IMG/VR virus record: IMGVR_UViG_3300042923_000119
Location: 1 to 50,912 of that record
DNA length: 50,912 nt
Direction: 5' to 3' (one strand)
DNA from: a virus
Taxonomy: Duplodnaviria; Caudoviricetes
Every line of letters starts with the position of its first letter. Position 1 is the first letter of the stretch. The notes under the pieces are model-generated. The model worked only from the letters and a program-made list of their open reading frames with translations. It searched no databases and had not been told where the DNA came from. Both the position numbers and the translations under genes were made by a program. Shown here piece by piece: positions 1-9,252 of this stretch.

Positions 1-68
1 GCTACGTAATTAGACCGGAAGACTTACGAGAGTTTGAAGAAGCTAGAAGAACAAAAGTGAAGGGATGA
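1..68 (+). CDS. 3' end of excisionase-like/HTH DNA-binding protein (partial)
   Basis: Frame from nt 3 reads YVIRPEDLREFEEARRTKVKG*, typical of the C-terminus of HTH_17/Xis proteins; stop overlaps the antirepressor ATG (ATGA). Confidence 0.55.
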   Translation, partial: YVIRPEDLREFEEARRTKVKG

Positions 69-820
69 TTGCATTGAACGATTTAATCAAAGTTAATGAA
101 TCAGGAAAAGTAACAGCTAGGGATTTATATGAATTTTTAAGTTTAACTAAAGGACAATTTGCCAGATGGGCCTATCAACATATTACTAGCAATAAATTTG
201 CCGAAGAAAATATAGATTATGAAGGGTTCGACATAATTGTCGAGGGTAATGTAGTTAGAAATTTTTATCTGTCGATTGACTTTGCAAAGAAACTTTGCAT
301 GATATCTAAGTCTCAAAAAGGTGAACAGGCTCGTAACTATTTTATAGAAATTGAAAAACGATACAAACAACAAGTACCTCAATTATCACAACTTGAAATT
401 TTAGCTCAATCAGCACAAATACTTTTAGAACAAGAAAAAGCAATTAAACAAATCTCAGCTACACAAACGAAGCAAGCCGAAGAATTACAAAGTATGCGTG
501 ATGTGGTTGCTCTAAGTTCTACAAGCTGGCGCGGTGATTCTTCAATGTTAATTAGCAAGATGGCTAGAAAACTTGGAGGTAACGAGCATATCCAAGATTT
601 ACGCAATGAAAGTTATAAATTATTAAATGATCGTATGGGCGTAGATTTGAAATGTCGCTTAACAAATAAGCGTAGACGTATGGCGGATGAAGGTGTTTGT
701 AAGTCAAAGAGGGACAACCTTAATCACTTAGATGTTATTAGCGAGGACAAAAAGCTTATTGAGGGTTATGTAGCTATCGTTAAAGAAATGGCTATCAAAT
801 ATGGGATAGGGGTTAACTAG
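65..820 (+). CDS. AntA/AntB-family phage antirepressor
   Basis: N-terminal VTARDLYEFL...F..W...F.ENIDY...Y.LSIDFAKKLCM...KGEQARNYFIEIEK AntA signature. Confidence 0.85.
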   Translation: MIALNDLIKVNESGKVTARDLYEFLSLTKGQFARWAYQHITSNKFAEENIDYEGFDIIVEGNVVRNFYLSIDFAKKLCMISKSQKGEQARNYFIEIEKRYKQQVPQLSQLEILAQSAQILLEQEKAIKQISATQTKQAEELQSMRDVVALSSTSWRGDSSMLISKMARKLGGNEHIQDLRNESYKLLNDRMGVDLKCRLTNKRRRMADEGVCKSKRDNLNHLDVISEDKKLIEGYVAIVKEMAIKYGIGVN

Positions 821-821
821 C

Positions 822-1001
822 ATGGCACAAAACATATCGATCAAAGAAGCCGCTCAAACAATGGGTAAATGCCATCAATTTGTACGTGAAGGACTTAAAA
901 GCGGTAATCTTCCATTTGGTACCGCAATAAAAATAAAAAATAGATACAACTACTACATTTCGCCAAAATTGTTTTATGAATATGTTGGACAACCATCATG
1001 A
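822..1001 (+). CDS. small HTH DNA-binding protein (59 aa, not in ORF track)
   Basis: MAQNISIKEAAQTMGKCHQFVREGLKSGNLPFGTAIK...YYISPKLFYEYVG; MerR/Xis-like pattern; abuts the upstream stop. Confidence 0.7.
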   Translation: MAQNISIKEAAQTMGKCHQFVREGLKSGNLPFGTAIKIKNRYNYYISPKLFYEYVGQPS

Positions 1002-1115
1002 TACCCAAAATACAGCCAATCAACCGAATAATCAATATCCACGATACCAAGCAATATCAAAATAAAAAGAGTGAGTTTGAGAAAGTTTTAGAAGCTGAGA
1101 AAAGGAAGTGTAATT

Positions 1116-1649
1116 ATGGACAATGTAAAATTGCAAGAAATAATTGAATCTCATGGTAAATGGTTAATTAATAGAGATAATGGTAGTCGTGCTAACCTTC
1201 GTGGTGCTGACCTTCGTGGTGCTAACCTTCGTGGTGCTGACCTTTGTGGTGCTAACCTTTGTGATGCTGACCTTTGTGATGCTGACCTTTGTGGTGCTAA
1301 CCTTTGTGGTGCTAACCTTCGTGGTGCTAACCTTTGTGATGCTGACCTTTGTGGTGCTAACCTTTGTGGTGCTAACCTTCGTGGTGCTAACCTTCGTGGT
1401 GCTGACCTTCCAAACAAAATAATCCAAGTAGGCCCAATCGGGAGCCGCAAATCATATACAATCTACAATATTGATAATGATGTTGTACAATGCGGTTGCT
1501 GGAATGATTATAAAGGCGGCAGTTTAGAAGATTTTATAAAGCGTATTGATAACGTCTATGAACCAGATACGCAATATGGTAAAGAATACAGGGCGGTAAT
1601 TGAGTACTTTAAGTTAATGCAGGCTATGCAAAGTGAGACTAAGCCATGA
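1116..1649 (+). CDS. pentapeptide repeat protein
   Basis: 15 A(D/N)L(R/C)(G/D) repeats followed by the conserved GPIGSR...CGC C-terminal domain. Confidence 0.92.
   Translation: MDNVKLQEIIESHGKWLINRDNGSRANLRGADLRGANLRGADLCGANLCDADLCDADLCGANLCGANLRGANLCDADLCGANLCGANLRGANLRGADLPNKIIQVGPIGSRKSYTIYNIDNDVVQCGCWNDYKGGSLEDFIKRIDNVYEPDTQYGKEYRAVIEYFKLMQAMQSETKP
1191..1409 (+). repeat. 15-bp tandem coding repeat GCT(A/G)ACCTT(C/T)GTG(G/A)T, 14 full units plus a partial
   Basis: Read directly; explains the repetitive shadow ORFs in other frames. Confidence 0.95.
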
Positions 1650-1831
1650 AACAAATTGACCGAATAAAAAGTATGACTACTAGCGAAATGGCTGAGTATT
1701 TAGATAACCATGGCAGATATAGAAAATGTGTAGGATGTTGCGCTTATCAGTATTGTCATAAGGTGATTAACGATTCTAAAACCTGCAAACAAACAATCAA
1801 TGACTACTTGGAAAGCGAGGTAACACCATGA
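1646..1831 (+). CDS. small Cys-rich phage protein
   Basis: DRIKSM...EMAEYL...CxxC...C...YLESEV; coupled to its neighbours. Confidence 0.7.
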   Translation: MKQIDRIKSMTTSEMAEYLDNHGRYRKCVGCCAYQYCHKVINDSKTCKQTINDYLESEVTP

Positions 1832-2049
1832 CACTAGGCGATAGAATACGTCAAATGAATGATGAAGAATTGATCAACTTTTTAAAATTAGTAGAAGTTA
1901 AAACAATTAGATTAAACGAAGCATGCGCTTGTTGCACATATAATTACAATCATGAATATTGTATGATGTTTTGTTTAGAAGGTCGTAAAAAATATCTAGA
2001 AAGAGAGGAAGAGGTGCCAACATGCGAATCCAACAACACGCAAACCTAA
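1828..2049 (+). CDS. small Cys-rich phage protein, paralog of 1646-1831
   Basis: DRIRQM..EEL..FL...CxCC...YLERE. Confidence 0.7.
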   Translation: MTLGDRIRQMNDEELINFLKLVEVKTIRLNEACACCTYNYNHEYCMMFCLEGRKKYLEREEEVPTCESNNTQT

Positions 2050-2369
2050 TAAACGCATGCTTAAAAGTAGGACTAGCTATCGTAGTAGTTTTGATAGCAT
2101 TGTCGCTTACTGGCTTTGCTGATAATCCAAAAGATTACGAGCTAAAAACTGAAACTTACATAGTTCAAGATGGCGATACACTTTGGGGAATAGCTGAAAC
2201 ATATATACATAAAAATTCATACGGTACTCGTGATATTCGCGAATTTAAAACTGGTATACAGCAACTTAATTATGATAGATATCCAGATATCAAAAGTGGC
2301 TTAATCCATCCGAATGATGAGCTGAAAATAAAATATTGGGTTAGAAAGGAAGTGCCTAATAATGAATAA
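2022..2369 (+). CDS. membrane-anchored LysM protein (YneA-like architecture)
   Basis: N-terminal hydrophobic helix, then YIVQDGDTLWGIAE...LIHPNDELKI LysM motif. Confidence 0.8.
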   Translation: MRIQQHANLINACLKVGLAIVVVLIALSLTGFADNPKDYELKTETYIVQDGDTLWGIAETYIHKNSYGTRDIREFKTGIQQLNYDRYPDIKSGLIHPNDELKIKYWVRKEVPNNE

Positions 2370-2553
2370 ACTTGACTTACAAGAGACTACAAATGGTTGG
2401 GACTATCAATTATATGTGTTAGGCGGAGAACTGTTTACTAGCGGTCACGTAGACATCAAAGATTTAGAGTTGGCTAAAGATGAAATAGAATCAAGAGTTT
2501 ACGGCAACTTTGAACTTGGACAAGTTGTATTTTTACAGGAAAGGGATGTTTAG
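2362..2553 (+). CDS. hypothetical protein
   Basis: ORF in tightly packed operon with RBS. Confidence 0.55.
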   Translation: MNKLDLQETTNGWDYQLYVLGGELFTSGHVDIKDLELAKDEIESRVYGNFELGQVVFLQERDV

Positions 2554-2554
2554 A

Positions 2555-2923
2555 ATGGGACAATGTGGATTAAGGATAATGGCTAATTGGTTTGGCTTTA
2601 CAAAAGTGAAAAACATCGAAAGTAAATGCACATTAAAAAAACTACGCATTGAAAAAGGATTTGAAACAGTAACGGCATTCGCAAAGGCAACAGGTATCCA
2701 TCCGGCAACTTACAGCGCAATCGAAAATCACCAATATGAAGCTAATGCAAAATTTAAACAAGCAATTGCTACAAAGTTAGGTATGACTATCGAAGAAGTT
2801 TTTCCCGAGCGCAAATCAAAGGTGAACATTACTATCATTCATGAGACACCTAATAATATTGAAACGATGCTACAGAAACAGTATGGCAACAAGTTAATGC
2901 CAAGAAAGGTCGTAATGCAATGA
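2555..2923 (+). CDS. XRE/Cro-like HTH regulator
   Basis: LKKLRIEKG...AFAKATGIHPATYSAIEN...IATKLGMTIEEVF. Confidence 0.8.
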   Translation: MGQCGLRIMANWFGFTKVKNIESKCTLKKLRIEKGFETVTAFAKATGIHPATYSAIENHQYEANAKFKQAIATKLGMTIEEVFPERKSKVNITIIHETPNNIETMLQKQYGNKLMPRKVVMQ

Positions 2924-3147
2924 AGAAATTAACTTTAGCTAGATATGGTAAAAACAAATTAGTTTTAGCAATCGCAGGCAAACCAACCTACATAATTAAA
3001 AGCGAATTTGGCGAACTTGACCAAGAAGATGAAAAGCTTTTGGCAATAATGAGAGATTTGTTTAACGATGAATTAAACAAAATAGAATTACGGAGTTGTC
3101 TTTTACATCACTTGCCAAACATAGCTAAAATGCTAGAAATTGTTTGA
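2920..3147 (+). CDS. hypothetical protein
   Basis: ATGA-coupled ORF. Confidence 0.55.
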   Translation: MKKLTLARYGKNKLVLAIAGKPTYIIKSEFGELDQEDEKLLAIMRDLFNDELNKIELRSCLLHHLPNIAKMLEIV

Positions 3148-3159
3148 GGTGATTATGAT

Positions 3160-3345
3160 ATGTGGTGCGCTAGATGTGGTAGGGATGATACTGAATTAGT
3201 TTGGGTAATGACATCAAGTAGAAAAACAGTATTGCCAATGTGTGCTGATGATCGTTCGTGTTATCCGAAAAAAGAACAAAAAAATACCAGCTTTTGCAGA
3301 GCTGGCGTTCAAAGTATTTATAAAAACAAATTACAAGTAGTTTAA
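3160..3345 (+). CDS. small Zn-finger-like protein
   Basis: CxxC...C..C; GAGGTG RBS. Confidence 0.5.
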   Translation: MWCARCGRDDTELVWVMTSSRKTVLPMCADDRSCYPKKEQKNTSFCRAGVQSIYKNKLQVV

Positions 3346-3378
3346 CAATTAAATTTAAAAAAGTCAAGGAGATTAGTT

Positions 3379-3705
3379 ATGAAGGAACATATAGATTGTA
3401 AACAATGGACTTGCCTTTCGGAAGAACAACGGCAAAGACTTATTCCTTGGTTATTAGGAACAGGTAATCTAAAAATATTACATTATTCAAGATATTTTAC
3501 TATTAAAAGATGTATTGATTTTATACGCCATTATCACCAAATTGATATTTATACAGTTAATGAATTATGGTGTATTCAGCTTTTTGATTTATGTGATTGT
3601 GCCAATGATCAAGTCCCATGTGTTTACGAGACTGATAGTACTGAGCTAATAGATTCGCTATATCAGTCTATGTTATGGATTTTAGACTGTTTAATGGATT
3701 CGTAA
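3379..3705 (+). CDS. hypothetical protein
   Basis: AAGGAG RBS, 108-aa ORF. Confidence 0.6.
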   Translation: MKEHIDCKQWTCLSEEQRQRLIPWLLGTGNLKILHYSRYFTIKRCIDFIRHYHQIDIYTVNELWCIQLFDLCDCANDQVPCVYETDSTELIDSLYQSMLWILDCLMDS

Positions 3706-3727
3706 GAATAATAAGGAGTGGTAAACC

Positions 3728-4084
3728 ATGAAAACGCCTTGGACTAAAGAACAACTTCAAATATTGCATAATAATGCAGGAAAAATAAAAACAGATGAAC
3801 TTGCCAAGATGATAGGTAAAAGTGTCTTGTCTGTACAGTAACGTGCTTGTAGGGATGGGATAAGTTTAAAAACGACAATTAATCTTAAACGTAAGAAAGT
3901 TATTAAAAATACTGGTTGTAGCTATGAAAAAGTATTGCCACGTGAGCAATGGAATAAAGCAAAAGCATTTTTAGGGATGATGGACAAGTTAAAAAGCGTG
4001 ATACCTAGTAATGTTAAACCTGTCTTGGATTTAGAACAATTACAAAAAGCGTTTGCAATAAGGGAACGTGTTATACATGGATGA
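3728..4084 (+). pseudogene. Myb/SANT-like HTH protein gene with in-frame TAA at 3839-3841
   Basis: AAGGAG RBS; MKTPWTKEQLQIL...ELAKMIGKSVLSVQ*RACRDG; the same frame stays open to TGA at 4084. Confidence 0.7.
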
Positions 4085-4180
4085 TTTAAATACAGCGCGT
4101 GGCATAGTTAATGGGGTTTTGCTGTCAGTTTTGTTTTGGGTAGTAGAATTATTAATTTTAATTTATGTGTGGTGATATAG

Positions 4181-4849
4181 ATGGTTCTTAGTGATGTAGA
4201 AAGGGAAAAGTTCATTGAAGATAATTTAAACCTAGTTTACTTTGTTGTACATAAAAGTTTTGAAAAAGTAGAGTATCCTGGTATTGATTTTGATGATCTT
4301 GCTAGTGTTGGCTCGATTGGATTAATTAAGGCGATTGATTGTTTTGATGAAAAGTTTGGTGTTAAATTCGCAACCTACGCCGTACCAACAATTCATGGGT
4401 ATATTGCTAGATGGTTACGTGATACAACTTGCCAAGTTAAATTCCCGAGAGAAGTTAAAGATTTATGGTATCAAGTCAATAAAAACAACATGCAAGATTG
4501 TACCGTAGATGAAATAGTTGAAAAACTTGGTGCAACAAAGAAGCGAGCAATGCAAGTGATGGATTTTGGTAAAGCAAAGATTATAGCTTCTCTTGATTTT
4601 CAAATAGATGAAAGCGGAACTGATGCATACGAAACGATGGTTGCATATGAACCGGATTTTGATAGCGGTTTATTGATTTATGACATTAGAAAACGATTAA
4701 GTTTTAAAGAAAGGCAGGCTTTTGAACTTGCAGTACAAGGAAAAACTCAGAAAGAAATAGCAAATATTTTTAATTGTTCGCAAGCGTATGTAAGCCGAAT
4801 GTTAATAAAGATCAAAGGTAAAGTTAGAAAATATTTAAATGAAAACTAG
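4181..4849 (+). CDS. sigma-70 family RNA polymerase sigma factor (SigF/SigG/SigB-like)
   Basis: Region 2 DDLASVGSIGLIKAIDCFD...FATYAVPTIHGYI; region 4 TQKEIANIFNCSQAYVSR. Confidence 0.9.
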   Translation: MVLSDVEREKFIEDNLNLVYFVVHKSFEKVEYPGIDFDDLASVGSIGLIKAIDCFDEKFGVKFATYAVPTIHGYIARWLRDTTCQVKFPREVKDLWYQVNKNNMQDCTVDEIVEKLGATKKRAMQVMDFGKAKIIASLDFQIDESGTDAYETMVAYEPDFDSGLLIYDIRKRLSFKERQAFELAVQGKTQKEIANIFNCSQAYVSRMLIKIKGKVRKYLNEN

Positions 4850-5041
4850 GGGGTATTTAAATGGTTGTTGACAATCAAAAACTTTTAGATGCTGCAATCG
4901 AACTAGTAACACACAAAGATAGTTTTGAGCTAATAAAGTCAATTGAAAAAATCGCAAAAATAATCGGTATGGATGGCGACTATCACGATAGAGCCAAAAG
5001 ACCGCAAATTGATTAGACAATAAAAATTAGGAGGATATGTT

Positions 5042-6682
5042 ATGAAAATAAAGACAATCAAAATTAGTAACTTTTTAGGTATTGACGAATTCAATCTAAA
5101 TCCTAGCAATTTGACAGTATTAGAGGGCGTTAAAGGCTCTGGCAAATCAAGCGTACTAGAAGGTATTGAAACCGCTATAAGCAACACCAAACGCCGTACA
5201 GAGGTAATTAAACATGGCGAGGGCGAGTCTACGTTATTCATTGAAACTGATACAGGGTTAGAAATTGATCGCCGTATTCGTGAAGGTAAGTCGGATTACT
5301 TAAAACTTCGTCAACAGGGTACTGGCATTAAGTCCACTGAATCTGAACTTCGAAAATTGATATCCGGCGATATTTTTAGACCACTTGATTTTATTAATAT
5401 GCAAGCTATCAAACAAACTGAAATTATCTTAGGCATGATTAAAATGCAGTACACAGATAAAGAAATCAAAGGATGGTTCGGACAAGATGTTTTAAGCGGA
5501 ATTAATACGGACAAGCATTTATTACAGGTGCTTAAAGATATTGAAATGGCTAATTACAAACAGCGTGAAGAAACAAACCGCGAAATTAAATTATTAGAAG
5601 GTCAAGTTAAGGGAATTGAATCTGAATTACCGCCAAACTATGACGGTGAAGAGTGGAAAGCCCTAAAAGTACAAGATTACTATAATAAAGTTTCCGAAGC
5701 TCAAAAAACCAACAATTTTATTGATGAAGCTGAAAGATTGACCGCTGGTATTACTGAAAAAGTTGAATCAATTGAAACGGCAGCCGAAAATAATAAATCT
5801 CAAATTAAAATCAAATTCACAGAGCAACGGCAAGACTTGAAAGATATCATCGAATTGTCAAAAGGTAAGATCGTAACAGCTAATAATATTATCAATTCTG
5901 CATCCGATAAATTAAATCTTGAATATGCCGAATTAGATAAGCAAATGGCGCAGGAAATAGCTGAAATTAAAACCAAATACGAAGATTTTAAAAAGCACAA
6001 AAAACAAGTTAACGATAGCGATGTTGATGCACAAAAAGAAATTATTGATGTTCAAAATCAAAAAATCGCCGCAAAAGATCAGGAAATAACTTCATTGGCT
6101 GATCTTGAAAAACAAGAGTTGAAAGCCGAAGATACCAAAACGGAATCCGATATTGAAAAAGAAAAATTAAGAGCTGGCAAAGCTACTGAATATCTTAAAT
6201 CTCATGAAAAAACTGATACTCAGCCATTACAAACCGAAGCTGATAAGGTGGCAGAAATGCAGAGCTATCTTCGTGAATGGGATAGAATGCTTGATATTCG
6301 TGACGGTAAACTGGCTACCAAGAAATCCTATTCCGATAGCTTAACCAACATCATTACGACCGCAAGAAATAAACCTGCTGAACTTTTAAAACAGCATAAA
6401 TTACCGATTGACGGTATTAGTGTAGATGAAAATTCAATGATTCGGATTAATGGCACTTTATTGGATGGCTTATCTGATGGTGAAAAATTAGAAGCAGCTT
6501 TCAAAATTGCGTTACAACGTATTGGGGAACTTCGCATCATCTGTTTAGATGGTATGGAAAAATTAAATGAATCCGAGCAAAATAAGATTGTCAAACTTTG
6601 CGAAGATAATGACTTGCAAGCATTTGTGACAATTACAAAAGATACCGAAAATGGAAATTTTGAAGTTAAGGGGTGCTTATGA
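5042..6682 (+). CDS. SbcC/Rad50-like coiled-coil ATPase
   Basis: Walker A GVKGSGKS, long coiled coil, signature LSDGE, Walker B ICLDGME. Confidence 0.85.
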   Translation: MKIKTIKISNFLGIDEFNLNPSNLTVLEGVKGSGKSSVLEGIETAISNTKRRTEVIKHGEGESTLFIETDTGLEIDRRIREGKSDYLKLRQQGTGIKSTESELRKLISGDIFRPLDFINMQAIKQTEIILGMIKMQYTDKEIKGWFGQDVLSGINTDKHLLQVLKDIEMANYKQREETNREIKLLEGQVKGIESELPPNYDGEEWKALKVQDYYNKVSEAQKTNNFIDEAERLTAGITEKVESIETAAENNKSQIKIKFTEQRQDLKDIIELSKGKIVTANNIINSASDKLNLEYAELDKQMAQEIAEIKTKYEDFKKHKKQVNDSDVDAQKEIIDVQNQKIAAKDQEITSLADLEKQELKAEDTKTESDIEKEKLRAGKATEYLKSHEKTDTQPLQTEADKVAEMQSYLREWDRMLDIRDGKLATKKSYSDSLTNIITTARNKPAELLKQHKLPIDGISVDENSMIRINGTLLDGLSDGEKLEAAFKIALQRIGELRIICLDGMEKLNESEQNKIVKLCEDNDLQAFVTITKDTENGNFEVKGCL

Positions 6683-6873
6683 TAATGCCTAATAATTTTC
6701 AAATTTTAGCTTATATACAGGCTATGAAAGATGAAATAGATTGCAAAATTGATACTGTGTTTGAAAACAAAAAGATAGTTGATAGAGATAATGTTTTTCG
6801 TGGGCTTAAAACATATAAAAAGCAACTTGCTAATCTTGAAAAGTTTATAAAAGGTGGTAATCATAATGGCTAA
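6673..6873 (+). CDS. hypothetical protein
   Basis: Short ORF bridging the ATPase and RecT. Confidence 0.5.
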   Translation: MLMIMPNNFQILAYIQAMKDEIDCKIDTVFENKKIVDRDNVFRGLKTYKKQLANLEKFIKGGNHNG

Positions 6874-7696
6874 TGAATTAACGACAGTACAAAACTTACA
6901 AGGAATGCTTGCAAATGTAAATGTAAAAAAACGTTTTGAAGATATGTTAGGTAGTAAATCAGCAGGGTTTATGTCTAGTATTATGTCGCTAACAACGGCT
7001 AATAAACAATTACAGACTTGCGACCCTAAAACAATTCTTTCAGCGGCTGGTATTGCTGCTACATTAGATTTACCGATTAATCCAAACTTAGGTTTTGCTT
7101 ACGTTATTCCTTATGGCAAAGAAGCTCAATTCCAAATGGGTTATAAGGGATTTATTCAACTGGCAATGCGTTCTGGTCAATATAAATTAATGAATGCTTC
7201 TGAGGTATATGAGGGTGAATTGGTTACAAGGAATCGTATTACTGGCGAATTTACATTTGATTTTGAAGCTAAAGTTTCAGATAAAATTATTGGTTATTGC
7301 GCCTACATTCAGCTTGTAAATGGATTTGAAAAGTATTTATATATGACGGTCGAAGATGTCGAAAAACATGCAAAAAAATACAGCCAAACGTATAAAAGTG
7401 CAAAAGAATACATTCGTGAAAAAAGTAAATGGACAACAGATTTTAATGCTATGGCACTGAAAACCGTAATTAAATTATTAATCAGTAAATACGGTATTTT
7501 GTCTATTGATATGCAGACTGCAATACAAGCCGATCAAGCTGTAATCCACGAAAATGAAAACGGTGATGTTGATTTTGATTATACCGATAACCATACTATT
7601 GATGCTGAATTTGAAACGGCAAATGGCAGAGGAGTACCAGATTTAAAACTAAGCAATGAACAATCACCTTTTGACGTAAAGGATGGTGAAAAATAA
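6866..7696 (+). CDS. recT: RecT-family single-strand annealing protein
   Basis: LPINPNLGFAYVIPY..EAQFQMGYKGFIQLAMRSGQY...W.TDFNAMALKTVIK. Confidence 0.92.
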   Translation: MANELTTVQNLQGMLANVNVKKRFEDMLGSKSAGFMSSIMSLTTANKQLQTCDPKTILSAAGIAATLDLPINPNLGFAYVIPYGKEAQFQMGYKGFIQLAMRSGQYKLMNASEVYEGELVTRNRITGEFTFDFEAKVSDKIIGYCAYIQLVNGFEKYLYMTVEDVEKHAKKYSQTYKSAKEYIREKSKWTTDFNAMALKTVIKLLISKYGILSIDMQTAIQADQAVIHENENGDVDFDYTDNHTIDAEFETANGRGVPDLKLSNEQSPFDVKDGEK

Positions 7697-8581
7697 ATGG
7701 AATTGACAAGAGAAAATTACTTTTCACCAGAAGCAGAAGCACTTTATCTAGGGTCATCATCATTCAAAGCGTGGGATAGATGCCACGATGGAGGTTGCGA
7801 AGCGCGAGAGGTTGCTAAAAGAAAAGGGGAATGGGTTGATAAACCTAACCCCGCCTTTCTTCTTGGACAATATGTACATAGCTGGAATTCTAATGATTTA
7901 CCAGAGTTTATAGCTGAACATCCAGAATTATTTAAAAAGGGCGGTTATGAATTACTTGCTAAGTACGCTTTAGGCGATACCATGATAGAAATTTTTAAAA
8001 ACGACCCTGCAATGATGAAAATGCGCGAAGGTGTCAAAGAATCTATTTTCACAGGAGAAATTAACGGAGTTCCTTTTAAAATTCAAGTTGATATTTTAAA
8101 TATATTAGAAGGTTACTTCGCTGACATTAAAACCACTAAAGGCATTTATGATAAGTACTGGAATAATGAAAACCGTGAATATGAGTCGTTTATCCAACAT
8201 TATGATTATCCGCTCCAATTCTCAATTTACGCTGAGATTTTACGGCAAAATTACAATCAAATTTTAGAAGATGCATTGAATATTTATACAGAAAAACAGT
8301 TAGATAAATTCATTAAATTAATTGAAAATAATCGTTATCTTGATTGCTATATTTTAGCTGTTGATAAGCAAGAAACGCCAGATCATGAAGTAATATTTAT
8401 GGATTTGGACGGATTTATTAAAGAAAAACTACAAGAAATTGAATTAAAATTACCAAACATTATGGCGGTAAGAAACGGAGAAGTTGAGCCGGAGCGTTGT
8501 GGTAAATGCGAATTTTGTAGATCAACTAAAAAGATTACTAAGCCTATTCACTGGCTTGACTTGGGGAGTGATTTAAGATGA
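7697..8581 (+). CDS. PD-(D/E)xK exonuclease (DUF3799/RecE-like)
   Basis: LT.ENYFS N-terminus, D...DIKTT catalytic motif, Y..Q..IY, C-terminal CGKCEFC; adjacent to recT. Confidence 0.85.
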   Translation: MELTRENYFSPEAEALYLGSSSFKAWDRCHDGGCEAREVAKRKGEWVDKPNPAFLLGQYVHSWNSNDLPEFIAEHPELFKKGGYELLAKYALGDTMIEIFKNDPAMMKMREGVKESIFTGEINGVPFKIQVDILNILEGYFADIKTTKGIYDKYWNNENREYESFIQHYDYPLQFSIYAEILRQNYNQILEDALNIYTEKQLDKFIKLIENNRYLDCYILAVDKQETPDHEVIFMDLDGFIKEKLQEIELKLPNIMAVRNGEVEPERCGKCEFCRSTKKITKPIHWLDLGSDLR

Positions 8582-9141
8582 AGAAACGATTTTTAGAACT
8601 TCTGATATCGGTTGATCGTCGCGGTATTTCAAGACTACCAGAATACATAATAGGCGAAACTGATTTTTTAACCGCACCAGCAAGCAGTAATTATCACGGT
8701 AATCATGAAGGTGGTTTAGTTGAACATAGTTTAGCGGTTTATGAAAATTTACTTAATGTCTGCAATACTTTTAAGTTTGATATTGACAAAGAATCACTTG
8801 TTATTTGCGGATTACTTCACGACCTTTGCAAAGCTAACTTTTATAAGGTTGATTGCCGAAATAAGAAAAATGAAGCTGGCGTATGGGAAAAAGTTCCGTA
8901 CTATGCAATCGACGACCAACTACCATTTGGTCACGGTGAAAAATCCGTAATAATTATTCAAAAGTTTATTCAATTATCAGATGAAGAAATAGCCGCTATC
9001 CGTTGGCATATGGGCGGTTTTGATGATGCTGGCAGGAGTTATGGTGGAGGACAATCATTAAGCGCAGCAATGGGCAAATGGAAACTTGTCTTAGCGTTGC
9101 AAATGGCAGATATGGCAGCTTGCTATTTTGACAATAAGTAA
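8578..9141 (+). CDS. HD-domain phosphohydrolase
   Basis: APAS..YH...GGLVEHSL, LLHDLCK, GHGEKS, IRWHMG, AD motifs. Confidence 0.9.
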   Translation: MKKRFLELLISVDRRGISRLPEYIIGETDFLTAPASSNYHGNHEGGLVEHSLAVYENLLNVCNTFKFDIDKESLVICGLLHDLCKANFYKVDCRNKKNEAGVWEKVPYYAIDDQLPFGHGEKSVIIIQKFIQLSDEEIAAIRWHMGGFDDAGRSYGGGQSLSAAMGKWKLVLALQMADMAACYFDNK

Positions 9142-9195
9142 TTTAATAGGCTAGTTAACTCTAGCCTTCCCACAAAAATAAAATTTATACAGAGT

Positions 9196-9252
9196 GAAAG
9201 GAGTAAGAGGTTTGGTCGACCGATAAACAGCTGTTTACTCTGAGTAACAAAA
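9196..9252 (+). promoter_or_regulatory. structured 5' leader of the methyltransferase gene (candidate cis-regulatory RNA)
   Basis: SD GAAAGGAG ~50 nt from ATG; stems GAGTAA(9201-06)/TTACTC(9235-40) and GTTT/AAAC. Confidence 0.45.

Noticed and set aside
1191-1409. Possible CRISPR array
   Set aside because: Contiguous tandem units with no unique spacers, inside a coding frame; no cas genes
1151-1450. Repetitive ORFs in three alternative frames (RRLAP, KVSTT, VVLTF)
   Set aside because: Shadows of the 15-bp pentapeptide coding repeat
3839-3841. Stop-codon reassignment (alternative genetic code)
   Set aside because: Only one interrupted gene; all long genes read intact in code 11 and use TAA, TAG and TGA as stops
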